Under the pieces are notes generated by a model. That model was not told the DNA's origin and ran no database searches. It saw nothing but the letters and a program-made list of their open reading frames with translations. DNA of 64,000 bases, from positions 2,371-66,370 of the forward strand of contig CAMVSS010000001.1 of NCBI GenBank assembly GCA_947170195.1, given 5' to 3'. Position 1 is the first letter of the stretch. Every line of letters starts with the position of its first letter. Both the position numbers and the translations under genes were made by a program. The stretch is from an uncultured Treponema sp. (GTDB taxonomy: Bacteria > Spirochaetota > Spirochaetia > Treponematales > Treponemataceae). This document shows, piece after piece, positions 18,482 through 29,249 of the stretch.

Positions 18482-19387
18482 ATGAGCAAAAAAAATGAAA
18501 AGCGCAACAATACGGGATTGGGTCTTGCCGTCTGGATTTTGGCAATTTTAATTATACTGATAGTTTTCTTGGTCAAGCAGAACGAAATAAAATCAAACCT
18601 CAAAAAAACTAATTTTTTTGAGAAAATGTTTGGAAGTACTCCTGGTTTCATTGCGGATCATAATGTGGAGACGGAAAAACTGCCTGAGGAAGTGTCTGAT
18701 AACGTAATCGTTCTGAAAAAGCCTGAAAAGAAAACGCCTGTAGCTCAGGAACCTCAAAAAGTTGCTGCTACAAGCAAATCTGACAGCAAGGAGACTGTTT
18801 CAAAAAAGCGCGATGCTGATGAAAAAACTCCTGTGGCGGCATCACCTTCTGCAAAAAATGTTCCTGAGCAAAAGAAATCGGAATCTGAAGCTAAAAAAAC
18901 GCCTGTAGCCGTTCAAACGCCGCAAAAAGTTCAGAAAACTAAGGAGCCGGAAAGCTCAGCTACGAAAAATCTTCTTGTGACAAAAATCTGTTTTGTTCAT
19001 TATGATTCAGACGGACTTGTAATTCGAAAAGAAGTTCAGCGTTCGGTTGAAAAAGACAGTCCTCTTACAAACAGTATACGTGCGCTTTTGACGGGACCTA
19101 GCGCGGCAGAAAAATCGACAGGCTGCATGACGATGATTCCTGATGGAACGAAGTTGCTTTCTGCAGTTGTTAGGAGCGGTGTCGCTTATCTTGATTTTTC
19201 TGATAACTTTGAGTTTAATACGCACGGTGTTGAGGGATATTTGGCTCAGCTCATGCAGATTGTATATACCGCAACAGAATATAGCTCTGTGACCGGTGTG
19301 CAGATTTTGATTGAAGGACAGAAAAAAGATTATCTTGGAAGCGAAGGAGTCTGGATTGGCTCCCCGCTTTCAAGAGGCTCTTTTTAG
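18482..19387 (+). CDS. GerMN-domain membrane protein
   Basis: N-terminal TM, K/E/P-rich linker, LLTGP..E..IPDGTKLLS..AYLDFS..QIVYTATEY..VQILIEG. Confidence 0.88.
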   Translation: MSKKNEKRNNTGLGLAVWILAILIILIVFLVKQNEIKSNLKKTNFFEKMFGSTPGFIADHNVETEKLPEEVSDNVIVLKKPEKKTPVAQEPQKVAATSKSDSKETVSKKRDADEKTPVAASPSAKNVPEQKKSESEAKKTPVAVQTPQKVQKTKEPESSATKNLLVTKICFVHYDSDGLVIRKEVQRSVEKDSPLTNSIRALLTGPSAAEKSTGCMTMIPDGTKLLSAVVRSGVAYLDFSDNFEFNTHGVEGYLAQLMQIVYTATEYSSVTGVQILIEGQKKDYLGSEGVWIGSPLSRGSF

Positions 19388-20463
19388 TTGAATTCGTATG
19401 ATGCAAGGATTGTATCGAAGTATTTTTGATTTTTAAGATATGCCGAATAGTAGACCGTCAATGTTAAGACTCCGGCAAGGGAATTTTCTCCCCTGATGAT
19501 TTTCTTGTAGTCAACGGAGAACGAATTTGCGTCCGCATAGTAGTAGAACTGTTTTATTGTAAATGATTCCGCATTCTCTTCCTGCTGGATATTCGTTAAA
19601 TCCGGATAAACGTGGTCATGTCCTAAAATCAGACTTCGCTTGAGAAAATCTTCTATTACAGGCTCCTCGATGACACCAAGGTTCATGGAAAGCATTGCGG
19701 AATTTTCCAGAGAGAAGAGGTTTTCAGTCTGCTTTTTCCATTGGGCATCAAGCGTGATTTTTGAATTCGGGAGGCTTTCCTCCGGTTTGTAAGAATAAGT
19801 GGCCTTCTTCGAGTTCTTCTTGAGTTTTATTGGCGCAGATTTGTCATTTTTAAGGCTTGGAATTCCCTTGAAATCTGTGAAGGTTGTGTCGTTGGATGCT
19901 GTGAGCTGACCTGCGGTTACAATTTCTAGCAAAGGTTTGTTTTTATTGCCTGTGATTTGCTTTAAATTGAAGAGTGGAATCAGGGGATCGTACTCGAGCT
20001 GCACAGCTCCGCCGAACTGAGCGTATTCCTGATTGGAAACTTTCTTTTCTGGCAGGTCGCCGATGCTTTTTCGGCGCGCATTCATTTCGTAGAAAAAGTC
20101 ATGGATGTAGTTGATTAGATCTACATCGTCCGGAGTTACGACTGTAAGAATGTTTTCTCCGGTCATCTCGACGAAATCTTTTGAAGGATCGATAGCAAAT
20201 GCGATCTGGATGTCTTTTGCCGGTTTATAATCCTGTTTGGTTCCGTATTCTGGCGCATAATATCTGAAAACATAGGTTGATTCGTCGTAGTAGATTGCTC
20301 CTATGTAGGATTCCCGGTTAAAAGAAGAATCTCTGTAGTAAACGAATTGTCCGGATGAATCTGGAAGGTAGTGCGATACCCCCGGAAGCGCGTTGCAAAC
20401 TGAAATGCTTGCGAAAATTATAAAAATAGCTGTAAAAAGTTTTGTTTTGTTCATATGTGTCAA
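19384..20463 (-). CDS. exported hypothetical protein
   Basis: 359-aa ORF with signal peptide; stop codon overlaps the convergent GerMN gene. Confidence 0.8.
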   Translation of the reverse strand: MTHMNKTKLFTAIFIIFASISVCNALPGVSHYLPDSSGQFVYYRDSSFNRESYIGAIYYDESTYVFRYYAPEYGTKQDYKPAKDIQIAFAIDPSKDFVEMTGENILTVVTPDDVDLINYIHDFFYEMNARRKSIGDLPEKKVSNQEYAQFGGAVQLEYDPLIPLFNLKQITGNKNKPLLEIVTAGQLTASNDTTFTDFKGIPSLKNDKSAPIKLKKNSKKATYSYKPEESLPNSKITLDAQWKKQTENLFSLENSAMLSMNLGVIEEPVIEDFLKRSLILGHDHVYPDLTNIQQEENAESFTIKQFYYYADANSFSVDYKKIIRGENSLAGVLTLTVYYSAYLKNQKYFDTILASYEFN

Positions 20464-20476
20464 ATTGTAAAAGTTT

Positions 20477-20522
20477 ATGGCATTTCTAAAAACTCGTTTG
20501 CGGGATCCTTAGAGATTGCCAT
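20477..20522. repeat. short palindromic repeat (GCATTTCTAAAAACTC type)
   Basis: Imperfect inverted repeat ATGGCATTTCTAA...TTAGAGATTGCCAT. Confidence 0.45.
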
Positions 20523-20540
20523 CATTTTTGATTATCTGAT

Positions 20541-20588
20541 AAAAAATGTGCCATCAAAAGCCTGAAAAGACCCTTGATGGCATTTTTT
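20541..20588 (-). terminator. terminator of proS
   Basis: TGCCATCAA...TTGATGGCA flanked by A/T runs. Confidence 0.65.
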
Positions 20589-22424
20589 TTACGCCTGAAG
20601 TTTTGCAAGCTCGTCTTTTACGAACTGAATTGCCTTTTCAGCTGCGTCTGATGCTGGAACAAGCTCCGACTCTGTTGCTGCACGCGGTTTGAATTCAACG
20701 TTCGGGAGATTTTTGTCACCGACTGTGATTCTAAGCGGAATTCCGATAAGCTCCATGTCGGCGAATTTTACGCCCGGTCGCTCATTGCGGTCGTCCAAGA
20801 GCACTTCGATGCCGGCCTTGCGGAGAGCCTCGTAGATTTTGTCAGCTTCTTCTTTCATTGCGCCGTCGTATTTGATTGGAACGATGCAGACCTGGAACGG
20901 AGCGACGCTCATCGGCCAGATGATGCCTTTGTCATCGCTGTTGTTTTCGATGATTGAGGCAAGTGTTCGGTCAACGCCGATTCCGTAGCAGCCCATTGTC
21001 GGCTCCTGTGGCTTTCCGTTCTGACCTAGGAAAGTAACGTGCATTGATTTTGTATATTTGTGACCCAGCTTGAAAATGTGTCCCAGCTCATTGCCTTTGC
21101 GAGAGTAGAAAGTTCCGCCGCAGCATGCACATTTGTCGCCTTCTTTAACTGTGCGGACATCTGCGTTGATGTACGGAGTAAAGTCGCGGAGAGGCTCAAC
21201 ATGCTTTACGTGATAGCCGTCTTTTCCGGCACCAGTGATTGCATCGTGCATCAGGGCAACGCCGTCTTTTACAACGGAATAATCAACGACGAGCGGACAT
21301 TTTGATGTCATAGGACCGACGAATCCGTGGCCTGCCTGAGCGTATTCAAGAATTTCTTCGTCTTCTGCGAGAACGACTTCGCTTGCTTTGAGTGTTGCTG
21401 CGAGCTTGGCCTCGTTTACATCCAAATCTGAGCGGATACAAACGCAAACATAAGAAAGCGGGAAGTAGTCGCCAGCAGGATCTTTTACGCGCTTCCATTT
21501 CTCTGCGCCCGCTGCATCTTTGAATTCGAGTGAAGAATTGATGACGCGGTAAATCAAACACTTGATGAACATTTTTGGTGATTCATCGAAGAATTTTTCC
21601 ATGTCTTCGATTGAGAAAACGTTCGGTGTTTCGACCATTTCAAGCGGTTTGTCGGTTGCGCTTACTTTTTCGCCCTTTTTGTTCGTTGAGTCGTCCTGAG
21701 CACATTCTGCCTTTTCGACATTTGCGGCATAGCCACATTTTTCGTTAGGACAGATGATGAGCGTGTCGTCACCAATCGGAGACTCTACCATGAATTCTTC
21801 CGAGCCGCTTCCACCCATTGCACCGGAATCAGCGCGGACAGGGATGATTTTGAGTCCGAGGCGTTTGAAAATGCGGAAATATGCTTTTTCGTATGCCTTG
21901 TATGATTCGTCCAATGATTCGTCATCAGCGTTCATTGTGTAACCGTCAGCCATGATGAATTCACGACCGCGCATTACACCGTAGCGAGGACGGATTTCAT
22001 CGCGATATTTTGTATTGATCTGGTAAAGGTTTACAGGAAGCTGCTTGTATGAGTCCAATCCGTCGCGAACGATAGCTGTGTATGCCTCTTCTGCAGTCGG
22101 AGAAACGACCATATCCTGCTCGCCGCGGTTCTTTGCTTTGAGCATCTGAGGTCCCATTGTTTCCCAGCGGCCTGATTCTTTCCAGAGGTCGCCCGGAATA
22201 ATTACTGTAGGCTTGAATTCAAGTGCGCCTGCTGTTTCGTTCCATTCTTCACGGATGATGTTTTCGAGTTTATAAAGTGAGCGGACACCGAGAGGAAGAT
22301 ATGTGTAAAGTCCGTTTCCTAGCTTTCGGGTAATACCAGCCCTGAGCATGAGTTTGTGGCTTGTAATCACTGCTTCTGAAGGAGCTTCGCGCAGTGTTGA
22401 AATATAGAATTTAGATGCTTTCAT
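20589..22424 (-). CDS. proS: proline--tRNA ligase (bacterial type with editing domain)
   Basis: SHKLMLRAG, KYRDEIRPRYGVMRGREF, GHIFKLG, MGCYGIGVDR, DDRNERPGVKFAD. Confidence 0.98.
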   Translation of the reverse strand: MKASKFYISTLREAPSEAVITSHKLMLRAGITRKLGNGLYTYLPLGVRSLYKLENIIREEWNETAGALEFKPTVIIPGDLWKESGRWETMGPQMLKAKNRGEQDMVVSPTAEEAYTAIVRDGLDSYKQLPVNLYQINTKYRDEIRPRYGVMRGREFIMADGYTMNADDESLDESYKAYEKAYFRIFKRLGLKIIPVRADSGAMGGSGSEEFMVESPIGDDTLIICPNEKCGYAANVEKAECAQDDSTNKKGEKVSATDKPLEMVETPNVFSIEDMEKFFDESPKMFIKCLIYRVINSSLEFKDAAGAEKWKRVKDPAGDYFPLSYVCVCIRSDLDVNEAKLAATLKASEVVLAEDEEILEYAQAGHGFVGPMTSKCPLVVDYSVVKDGVALMHDAITGAGKDGYHVKHVEPLRDFTPYINADVRTVKEGDKCACCGGTFYSRKGNELGHIFKLGHKYTKSMHVTFLGQNGKPQEPTMGCYGIGVDRTLASIIENNSDDKGIIWPMSVAPFQVCIVPIKYDGAMKEEADKIYEALRKAGIEVLLDDRNERPGVKFADMELIGIPLRITVGDKNLPNVEFKPRAATESELVPASDAAEKAIQFVKDELAKLQA

Positions 22425-22508
22425 GATTGTTCTATTTTAATGAAATTCTTTAGTTGTTACAATTCAGAAAAACATGTATATAGAACGCTCTTTTATTCCG
22501 CGACAGAA

Positions 22509-22613
22509 AGAAGGGACTGTCTAAAAAGTTTAAGGACCATCGCTTTTCCTGCATCGCATCAGATTGGCAAGCCATGCAGGAAAATGTCATATTCTTATTA
22601 GACGCCCTCCCTT
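22509..22613. repeat. palindromic element with IS-like ends (GGACTGTCTAAAAAG...TTAGACGCCCT)
   Basis: Outer imperfect inverted repeat plus inner perfect inverted repeat TTTTCCTGCAT/ATGCAGGAAAA; related ends at 50683-50727 and ~57270. Confidence 0.5.
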
Positions 22614-22621
22614 GTGGGTTT

Positions 22622-23845
22622 TTATTTTGCTATTTTCAGGTGTCGCGGGAGTCCGTCAACCATGATCGGACTTAGTTCTGCCTGAATCAGCGGATGGATA
22701 TAGTGAATCAAGTCCTGTGTGACGTAATCATCATCTGTAATCCATTCGAGAGGAATCTTCTTTTCGATGTTCGCAATCTTGCTTACATCGGCTGTTTCCG
22801 TGATGCACATATAAGGATCGTCAGAAACTCGTTTAAGAACAACTACTTTGCCTGTTTCGCCTTCGAATGCCGCTTTTACAGCCGCACCTCCGACATTATA
22901 CGCTTCTGTGATATCCGTTCGGCTTGTCATGTGGGCCGCACATCGCTGGAGTGTAGAAAGTTCTATTGCACGAGCTTTTGTACCAAGCTCCGCTGTTACT
23001 TTGTTTGCAAGGAATTTGGCCGTTCCCGACATCTGTTTATGGCCGAATGCATCGACGAATTCAACGTGTTCTGCCAGCTCGAAAACAAATCTGCCGTCTG
23101 CAACGCGCACACCTTCTGAAACTGCTACTACGATTGATTTTCCAGTTTTTGAAAGATCCTTGATTTTTGTGAGAAAATGTTCGACATCGAAAACTTTCTC
23201 TGGAAGATATATTAAGTCTACGCCCTCACAATCATCTGATTTTGCGAGCGCTGCAGCTGCGGTGAGCCATCCTGCATTTCGACCCATTATTTCAACAACA
23301 GTGATAGTCGGATAGTCGTAAACGTGACCATCACGGATGATTTCTTTCATGGTTGCGGCAATAAATTTTGCAGCTGAACCGAAACCTGGAGTGTGATCGG
23401 TTATAGCAAGGTCATTGTCGATTGTTTTTGGGACACCCATAAATTTAATATCGCTGTTGATAATTTTTGCGTAATCGCTCAGCTTCTGGATGGTGTCCAT
23501 TGAGTCATTTCCACCAATGTAGAAGAAATATTTGATATTCAGTTCGTTTAAGATTTCGAAGATTTTTTCGTAAGTAGTTTTATCTTTTGTGATTTCTGGA
23601 AGTTTGAAGCGGCATGAGCCGAGATATGATGACGGAGTTCTTTTTAGAAGGTCGATAGCCATTGTCGAATTCAGTGTTTCCGACAAGTCCACGTATTGTT
23701 TGTCTAAAAGTCCTTTGATGCCGTGCAACATACCATAGACTTTGTTTGCACCCCTGTCTTTTGCTGTTTTAAAGACTCCGGCAAGGCTTGAATTGATTAC
23801 TGATGTCGGACCGCCAGACTGACCGACAATTACATTTCCGTTCAT
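22622..23845 (-). CDS. pfp: 6-phosphofructokinase, pyrophosphate-dependent type
   Basis: GQSGGP, IGGNDS (Asp at the PPi-determining position), PKTIDND, EIMGRNAGW. Confidence 0.88.
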   Translation of the reverse strand: MNGNVIVGQSGGPTSVINSSLAGVFKTAKDRGANKVYGMLHGIKGLLDKQYVDLSETLNSTMAIDLLKRTPSSYLGSCRFKLPEITKDKTTYEKIFEILNELNIKYFFYIGGNDSMDTIQKLSDYAKIINSDIKFMGVPKTIDNDLAITDHTPGFGSAAKFIAATMKEIIRDGHVYDYPTITVVEIMGRNAGWLTAAAALAKSDDCEGVDLIYLPEKVFDVEHFLTKIKDLSKTGKSIVVAVSEGVRVADGRFVFELAEHVEFVDAFGHKQMSGTAKFLANKVTAELGTKARAIELSTLQRCAAHMTSRTDITEAYNVGGAAVKAAFEGETGKVVVLKRVSDDPYMCITETADVSKIANIEKKIPLEWITDDDYVTQDLIHYIHPLIQAELSPIMVDGLPRHLKIAK

Positions 23846-23893
23846 AATAAACTCCGTATTTTAAATTATAATGAAACTGAGTATCGAGAGAGT

Positions 23894-23928
23894 AAAAAAA
23901 AGTCTCGCAGAAATTGCGGGACTTTTTT
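23894..23928 (-). terminator. intrinsic terminator downstream of the SDR gene
   Basis: A8-GTCTCGCA...TGCGGGAC-T6. Confidence 0.75.
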
Positions 23929-23959
23929 AGAGAATTTCCCGTATAAGTCGGGAAGATTT

Positions 23960-24772
23960 TTATGATGGCTGTTTACCGATGTAAGCGAGAATACCGCCGT
24001 CTACATACAGGATATGGCCATTGACTGCATTTGAAGCGTCTGATGCCAAGAATACTGCAGGACCTGCGAGTTCTTCTGCGTCGAGCCAACGTCCAGCAGG
24101 AGTTTTAGCACAGATGAACTGGTCAAATGGATGTCTTGAACCATCTGGCTGTCTCTCGCGGAGCGGAGCTGTCTGTGGGGTTGCGATGTATCCAGGTCCG
24201 ATACCGTTACACTGGATGTTCTTTTCGCCGTATTCTGAACAGATGTTGCGTGTGAGCATTTTGAGACCGCCCTTAGCAGCTGCGTAAGCAGAAACTGTCT
24301 CACGACCAAGCTCAGACATCATAGAACAGATATTGATGATTTTTCCGTGTCCTTTTGCAATCATTCCAGGAAGAACTGCCTTTGAAACGATGAAAGGAGC
24401 ATTCAAGTCAACGTCGATAACCTGACGGAATTCTTCAGCTTTCATTTCAAGCATAGGGATTCGTTTGATGATACCAGCATTGTTTACAAGAATATCAACA
24501 GTTCCGACATCCTTCTCAATTTTTTTGACTGTTTCCTGAACAGCTGCTTCGTCTGTAACGTCGCAGATGTAGCCATGAACATCGGTAATTCCTGCTGCTT
24601 TGTAGTTTTCCATACCTTTGTCGAGCTGTTCCTGTCCGCGATCATTGAATACGATTTTTGCACCTGCTGCAGCATAAGCTTTAGCAATCGCGAAACCGAT
24701 TCCGTAAGATGCACCTGTAATCCAAGCAATTTTGCCAGTAAGGTCAAAATCTTTCATTTTGAACTCTGCCAT
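23960..24772 (-). CDS. gluconate 5-dehydrogenase / 2-deoxy-D-gluconate 3-dehydrogenase-like SDR
   Basis: TGASYGIG, NNAGIIKRIP, SELGRETVSAYAAAKGGL, GPGYIATPQTAPLR, YVDGGILAYIGKQP; highly biased codon usage. Confidence 0.9.
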   Translation of the reverse strand: MAEFKMKDFDLTGKIAWITGASYGIGFAIAKAYAAAGAKIVFNDRGQEQLDKGMENYKAAGITDVHGYICDVTDEAAVQETVKKIEKDVGTVDILVNNAGIIKRIPMLEMKAEEFRQVIDVDLNAPFIVSKAVLPGMIAKGHGKIINICSMMSELGRETVSAYAAAKGGLKMLTRNICSEYGEKNIQCNGIGPGYIATPQTAPLRERQPDGSRHPFDQFICAKTPAGRWLDAEELAGPAVFLASDASNAVNGHILYVDGGILAYIGKQPS

Positions 24773-24865
24773 GTGAATTCCTCCAAAAAAACTTTAATTT
24801 AAAGATATAAAATAGAACTTTTGTCGTCAAGGCGGAAAAACGATGTGAATTTTTCATTAGACGAC

Positions 24866-25345
24866 TCAAGAGGCCGTTTGAACCTTCATTTTTGCAGCTT
24901 CTTCGAAAAGTTTTGTTGAATCTAAAATGAACATCGGCTTGTCATTGTATTTCAGTATCTGAGAGATGAATTCTTTTGGAATGTTGCAGTTTGCTTTTGA
25001 TATGATGTCCGGTTCAAAAATCTGCACGACGTCCTGCACCGAATCTGCAACCAGACCATATAAAGTTATATGATTTTGGTCAGTTTCTGATGGCGTTCGG
25101 ACTTCAACCACAATCACTTTTGTGCGGTTGTCTATCGGAAAATCTTTTAAGCCGAATCGTTTTCTGAAATTAACAACCGTAATTCCCTGCTCGCGTGAAT
25201 AAATCAGCCCCTCTATATAAGGAAGAGCGCATGGGACTTGTGTCGGAGAAGAGAAATTTAAGACTTCAAGGACCGAGTCAACATTGAGCGCGAAAACAGT
25301 ATCATCGACTGTAAATGTTAAATAATTTGTAATCATAATGATCAA
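24866..25345 (-). CDS. cheW: chemotaxis coupling protein CheW
   Basis: YLTF..FALNVDSVLEVL..TQVPCALPYIEGLI..R..GLVADSVQDV. Confidence 0.85.
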   Translation of the reverse strand: MIIMITNYLTFTVDDTVFALNVDSVLEVLNFSSPTQVPCALPYIEGLIYSREQGITVVNFRKRFGLKDFPIDNRTKVIVVEVRTPSETDQNHITLYGLVADSVQDVVQIFEPDIISKANCNIPKEFISQILKYNDKPMFILDSTKLFEEAAKMKVQTAS

Positions 25346-25421
25346 ACCTTTTGTCAGTAATGTGCCACGCTAGGTGGCGCAAAGCAAATCGTTGGAATCA
25401 AAAATCCAAGGATGTCGGTTC

Positions 25422-25796
25422 CTAAAATTCCTCAAAATCGGCATCGCTGATTAAATCGGCTGTCGTTTTTCGGACGATGGTTCCGCTTATAGGAGCACTA
25501 GAAGTCGTTGGAGCCGGTTTTGATGCTGCCGGGCGTTCCTGGGCTTCGTGCTTTGCTATTGCGGCACGATTTATTTTCTTTGGAGTCGGTTTTGTAGGAT
25601 GTGGCTGCTGAACTTTCTGAGCTTCGGCTTCCGAAGGTTCTGGCTTGGTTTCTTCTGCCTGAGGTTCAGCTTTTTCGTCTTTTGCAGTTTCGTCCTTTTC
25701 TTCGGTCTTTGACTCCGTCGCTTTTAAGATTTCCTTTGCTGTCTGCGCTTGTGCTTCATCTGAAATCTTAAAGAATGCGATTGTCTGAACGAGTTT
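25422..25796 (-). pseudogene. out-of-frame C-terminal tail of the MCP, ending in a pentapeptide
   Basis: Open frame [11 protein letters not shown]...E/K/P/A-rich linker...LISDADFEEF*, separated from the upstream MCP by a frameshift at ~25797. Confidence 0.85.
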
Positions 25797-27553
25797 CTTA
25801 ACTCTTCTGCCATTGCGGCCATCTGCTCTGCGGCACTTGCGTTCTGCTGGACGACCGTATCAATCTGGATTATGACTGAAGAAACCTGCTGAGCTCCGTT
25901 GTCCTGCTCACGAGCTGCCGTTGCAATTTCTTCGATGAGCTGCGATGTATGCTCGATTTCAGGCACGACTTCGCGGATAAGTTTTCCGGCGTTCTCCGTT
26001 GTTGAAAGAGTCTTTGTGGAGATTTCGCTGATTTCTCCCGCTGCTTTTTGAGTTTTTTCAGCAAGCTTTCGGACTTCGCTTGCGACGACAGCAAAGCCTT
26101 TTCCAGCTTCTCCTGCGCGTGCTGCTTCGATTGCTGCGTTGAGAGCGAGCATGTTTGTCTGTCCGGCGATGTCTTCGATAATTCCGATTTTTTCTGCAAT
26201 TGTTTCAACGGCTTGAACGGCTTCTTCAACTGCCAGTCCGCCCTGCTCACCTTTAGCTGATGCACCGTTTGCGATTTCGCAGGTTTTTGCAGTGTTTTCT
26301 GCTGTCTGACGAATATTGCTCGTCATCTGCTCCATGGTTGCGCTCATTTCTTCTGTTGATGCAGCCTGTTCGCTTGCACCGGAAGAAACAGCCTGGCTTG
26401 AAGATGACAGCTGCTCGCCGCCGACTTTGACCTGCATTGCGGCTTCCCGAACTGTGCGGATTGTTTTTGACAGTGACTGGGTCATTTCTGTTAATGCGAT
26501 ACCCATCTGACCAAGTTCATCGTGGCGCAGAGAGATTTTCTTGCGTTCTTCTCCCGTGATGAATGCAAGCATGAGGTCGCCATTTTTGATTCCGTCCAAA
26601 GCTGATTTTATGACGTTTATAGGGCGAGAGATAGAATTTGCGTAGGCAAAGCCGATTATAACCGCAATTGCTATTATTATTGCGCTACAGATTACAAGAA
26701 GAATCGTCATTATTTTTATGGATTCTTTGAAATCTGAGGTCGGAGCATCAATAATCAAAGCCCAGTTTGTTATGTCAATTGGCGTAAAAGCTACGTAGTG
26801 TTCTTTTTTGTTGATTTTGATGATTTCGCTTCCATTCAGATTTGCCATCATCTTTTTTGCGACTTTTGCGAGCTCGCTGAGACCTGGCTCTGTGGTTCTG
26901 GACAGTTCTTCAAAAGTAACAGGCACATTTATGTATTCTTCATTTTCTGCGTAGATGATGATGCCTGAATCACGGTTTATGATTGTCGAAGTTCCGTTTG
27001 TGCTTATAAAAAGCTGTGCTGCGAAATTTCTCAAAAGCGTGCTGTCGATGTTTGCGGCAAGCACACCCTTGATGTTTTTGTTGTCGTCATAAATTGGAAC
27101 AGCTGCATAGATAGCAGGTTCACCTCGTGCACTTATGATAGGTCCGTCGATGACAGAATTACCTTTTAAAGCTTTCTGAAAATAATCTCGATTTTTAATA
27201 TCTCGTTCGATATTTTCTGATGTGTAGGCATGACCGGTTGTATCCGCAACGACGAAATAACGACCCTCGCCTACATTTGAAATAAAATCTGCAATAAGAG
27301 GAGCCTTTTCCGCAACATTTCCGCTGTTTTTTAAAATCGGAAACTCGGCAATTGTCCTTAAAGCGATTAAATCCGATTCCAAGGTCAAATCGGCATAATT
27401 TGACGCATTGTCAACGAGGGTTTTCATATTGGACAATGATTGGTTGTCGATTGTGTTTCCAGCTACGAAAATCGCAATTGCAGTTAATGTCGTCCCTGTT
27501 ATGACAATTACCGTTGCAATAAAAATTGTAATTGCACTTCGAATGCTTTTCAT
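25724..27553 (-). CDS. methyl-accepting chemotaxis protein (Cache-HAMP-MA), truncated by frameshift
   Basis: Two TMs, dCache-like periplasmic region (RDYFQKAL), HAMP (DELGQM), [38 protein letters not shown]. Confidence 0.92.
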   Translation of the reverse strand: MKSIRSAITIFIATVIVITGTTLTAIAIFVAGNTIDNQSLSNMKTLVDNASNYADLTLESDLIALRTIAEFPILKNSGNVAEKAPLIADFISNVGEGRYFVVADTTGHAYTSENIERDIKNRDYFQKALKGNSVIDGPIISARGEPAIYAAVPIYDDNKNIKGVLAANIDSTLLRNFAAQLFISTNGTSTIINRDSGIIIYAENEEYINVPVTFEELSRTTEPGLSELAKVAKKMMANLNGSEIIKINKKEHYVAFTPIDITNWALIIDAPTSDFKESIKIMTILLVICSAIIIAIAVIIGFAYANSISRPINVIKSALDGIKNGDLMLAFITGEERKKISLRHDELGQMGIALTEMTQSLSKTIRTVREAAMQVKVGGEQLSSSSQAVSSGASEQAASTEEMSATMEQMTSNIRQTAENTAKTCEIANGASAKGEQGGLAVEEAVQAVETIAEKIGIIEDIAGQTNMLALNAAIEAARAGEAGKGFAVVASEVRKLAEKTQKAAGEISEISTKTLSTTENAGKLIREVVPEIEHTSQLIEEIATAAREQDNGAQQVSSVIIQIDTVVQQNASAAEQMAAMAEELRNSFRQSHSLRFQMKHKRRQQRKS

Positions 27554-27625
27554 AAAGACTCCTAAGAAAAAAGCTGAATAGGCTGACCGCCTGCCATATT
27601 TACAGGCAGGCGGGGCAATTTTTTG

Positions 27626-27991
27626 TTAACCGATGATTTTTTTGACAACCGCAATCAGTTTTTCTGAAGTGAAAGGTTTTACAATCCAGCCTGTAGCGCC
27701 AGCTGATTTTCCTTCATCCATTTTTGACTGCTGGTTTTCCGTTGTGAGCGCAATGATAGGCGTAAATTTATACCCCTCTGTTGCCCGCAACTGCTTTGTC
27801 AATTCGATTCCGTCCATGTTCGGCATGTTGATATCAGTTATGACAAGATTGAATTTGTCAGCCTTTGCTTTTGCGAGCGCATCAACGCCGTCAATTGCTT
27901 CCACGATCTCATATCCTTCTTGACCAAGAATAAACGAAATGCTTTTTCTGATAGAATTTGAATCATCAACTGCAAGAATTTTTTTTGACAT
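27626..27991 (-). CDS. cheY: chemotaxis response regulator CheY
   Basis: VDD, TDINMPNMDG, LTTE, GWIVKPF. Confidence 0.95.
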   Translation of the reverse strand: MSKKILAVDDSNSIRKSISFILGQEGYEIVEAIDGVDALAKAKADKFNLVITDINMPNMDGIELTKQLRATEGYKFTPIIALTTENQQSKMDEGKSAGATGWIVKPFTSEKLIAVVKKIIG

Positions 27992-28019
27992 AGTGCTTTC
28001 CTCCTTTTAATGTCGCAAT

Positions 28020-29231
28020 TTACTTCTTAAACAAAGATCCCCCTCTGTTCATTGATTTTATTTTTGCCTGATTCAGAAGAGTTTGTGCTATCTCCTGAAG
28101 CGGGACTATTTTGTCTACGGCGCCGGCTTTTACAGCTTCTCCCGGCATTCCGTATACGACGCATGTTGCTTCATCTTGTGCGATGTTGTAAGCATTTGCG
28201 TCGTGCATTTCTTTCATTCCACGAGCACCATCATCGCCCATTCCTGTCATGATGATGCCGATGGCGTTCTTGCCTGCGTATTGGGCTGCAGAACGGAACA
28301 AAACGTCAACGGATGGTCTGTGTCTTGAAACCAGAGGTCCGTCCTTGACTTCAACATAATATTCACGGCCTTCGCGTTTCAGCAGAAGGTGATGGTTACC
28401 AGGGGCAATCAAAGCCTGTCCTTTTTGAACCAGATCGCCATCTTCAGCTTCGCGCACAGAAATTCGGCACAGATTATCAAGACGCTGCGCAAAAGAAGCT
28501 GTGAAGTGTTCCGGCATGTGCTGGACGATAACGATTCCCGGCGAATCTTCAGGAAGCATTGTAAGGAAATCTTTTAATGCTTCCGTTCCTCCTGTACTGG
28601 CTCCTACAACGACAACTGGTTCGGTAAAATCAATAGGTGCAAATGCAGGATTCGGTTTTTCGAGGATAACGTCCGCCGTAAGCTTCGGCTGGACTCCGCG
28701 CGGTGCCGGTTTTGCAATTTCCACTTTTGTCTCCGTAATTGGCTCGAGTTCTTCTATATCGTCAGAATCGATGTGTTTTTTTGCCGTCTGAAAACGTGTT
28801 TGAGACGGCATAAGTTGTTTTATTTTTCCCTGACATTGATTCGCTGCTTTTATCGCATCAATAATCTGGATTTTTGATTCTTCGAAGAACTGTTTTGTTT
28901 TTACTGATGGCTTTGGAATGATTCCTGATGCGCCAAGCTCAAGTGCTTTGATAGATTCGGCTGAACCTTTTCGCACCAATGATGAGCAGATTACACATGG
29001 AATAGGATCAACAGTTTCATTCATTTTGCGAAGGAAAGTGAGCCCGTCCATTCGCGCCATTTCGATATCCAAGACGATGACGTCCGGCCTTTCGGTCTGG
29101 ATTTTGCGTACGCCGATAATTGGATCCGGTGCTGTCGCAATGACTTTGATTTCATCGCTTCCGTTGAGAACTTCTGTGATTGTTTGTCTGACTAACGCTG
29201 AGTCATCTATGATTAAAACTTTTATAGGCAT
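28020..29231 (-). CDS. cheB: chemotaxis methylesterase CheB
   Basis: REC domain plus [28 protein letters not shown]. Confidence 0.97.
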   Translation of the reverse strand: MPIKVLIIDDSALVRQTITEVLNGSDEIKVIATAPDPIIGVRKIQTERPDVIVLDIEMARMDGLTFLRKMNETVDPIPCVICSSLVRKGSAESIKALELGASGIIPKPSVKTKQFFEESKIQIIDAIKAANQCQGKIKQLMPSQTRFQTAKKHIDSDDIEELEPITETKVEIAKPAPRGVQPKLTADVILEKPNPAFAPIDFTEPVVVVGASTGGTEALKDFLTMLPEDSPGIVIVQHMPEHFTASFAQRLDNLCRISVREAEDGDLVQKGQALIAPGNHHLLLKREGREYYVEVKDGPLVSRHRPSVDVLFRSAAQYAGKNAIGIIMTGMGDDGARGMKEMHDANAYNIAQDEATCVVYGMPGEAVKAGAVDKIVPLQEIAQTLLNQAKIKSMNRGGSLFKK

Positions 29232-29249
29232 TTTCTCGTCCTCAAAATA

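Noticed and set aside
18660-18960. Repeated KTPVA motifs in the GerMN linker
   Set aside because: Ordinary low-complexity periplasmic linker duplication.
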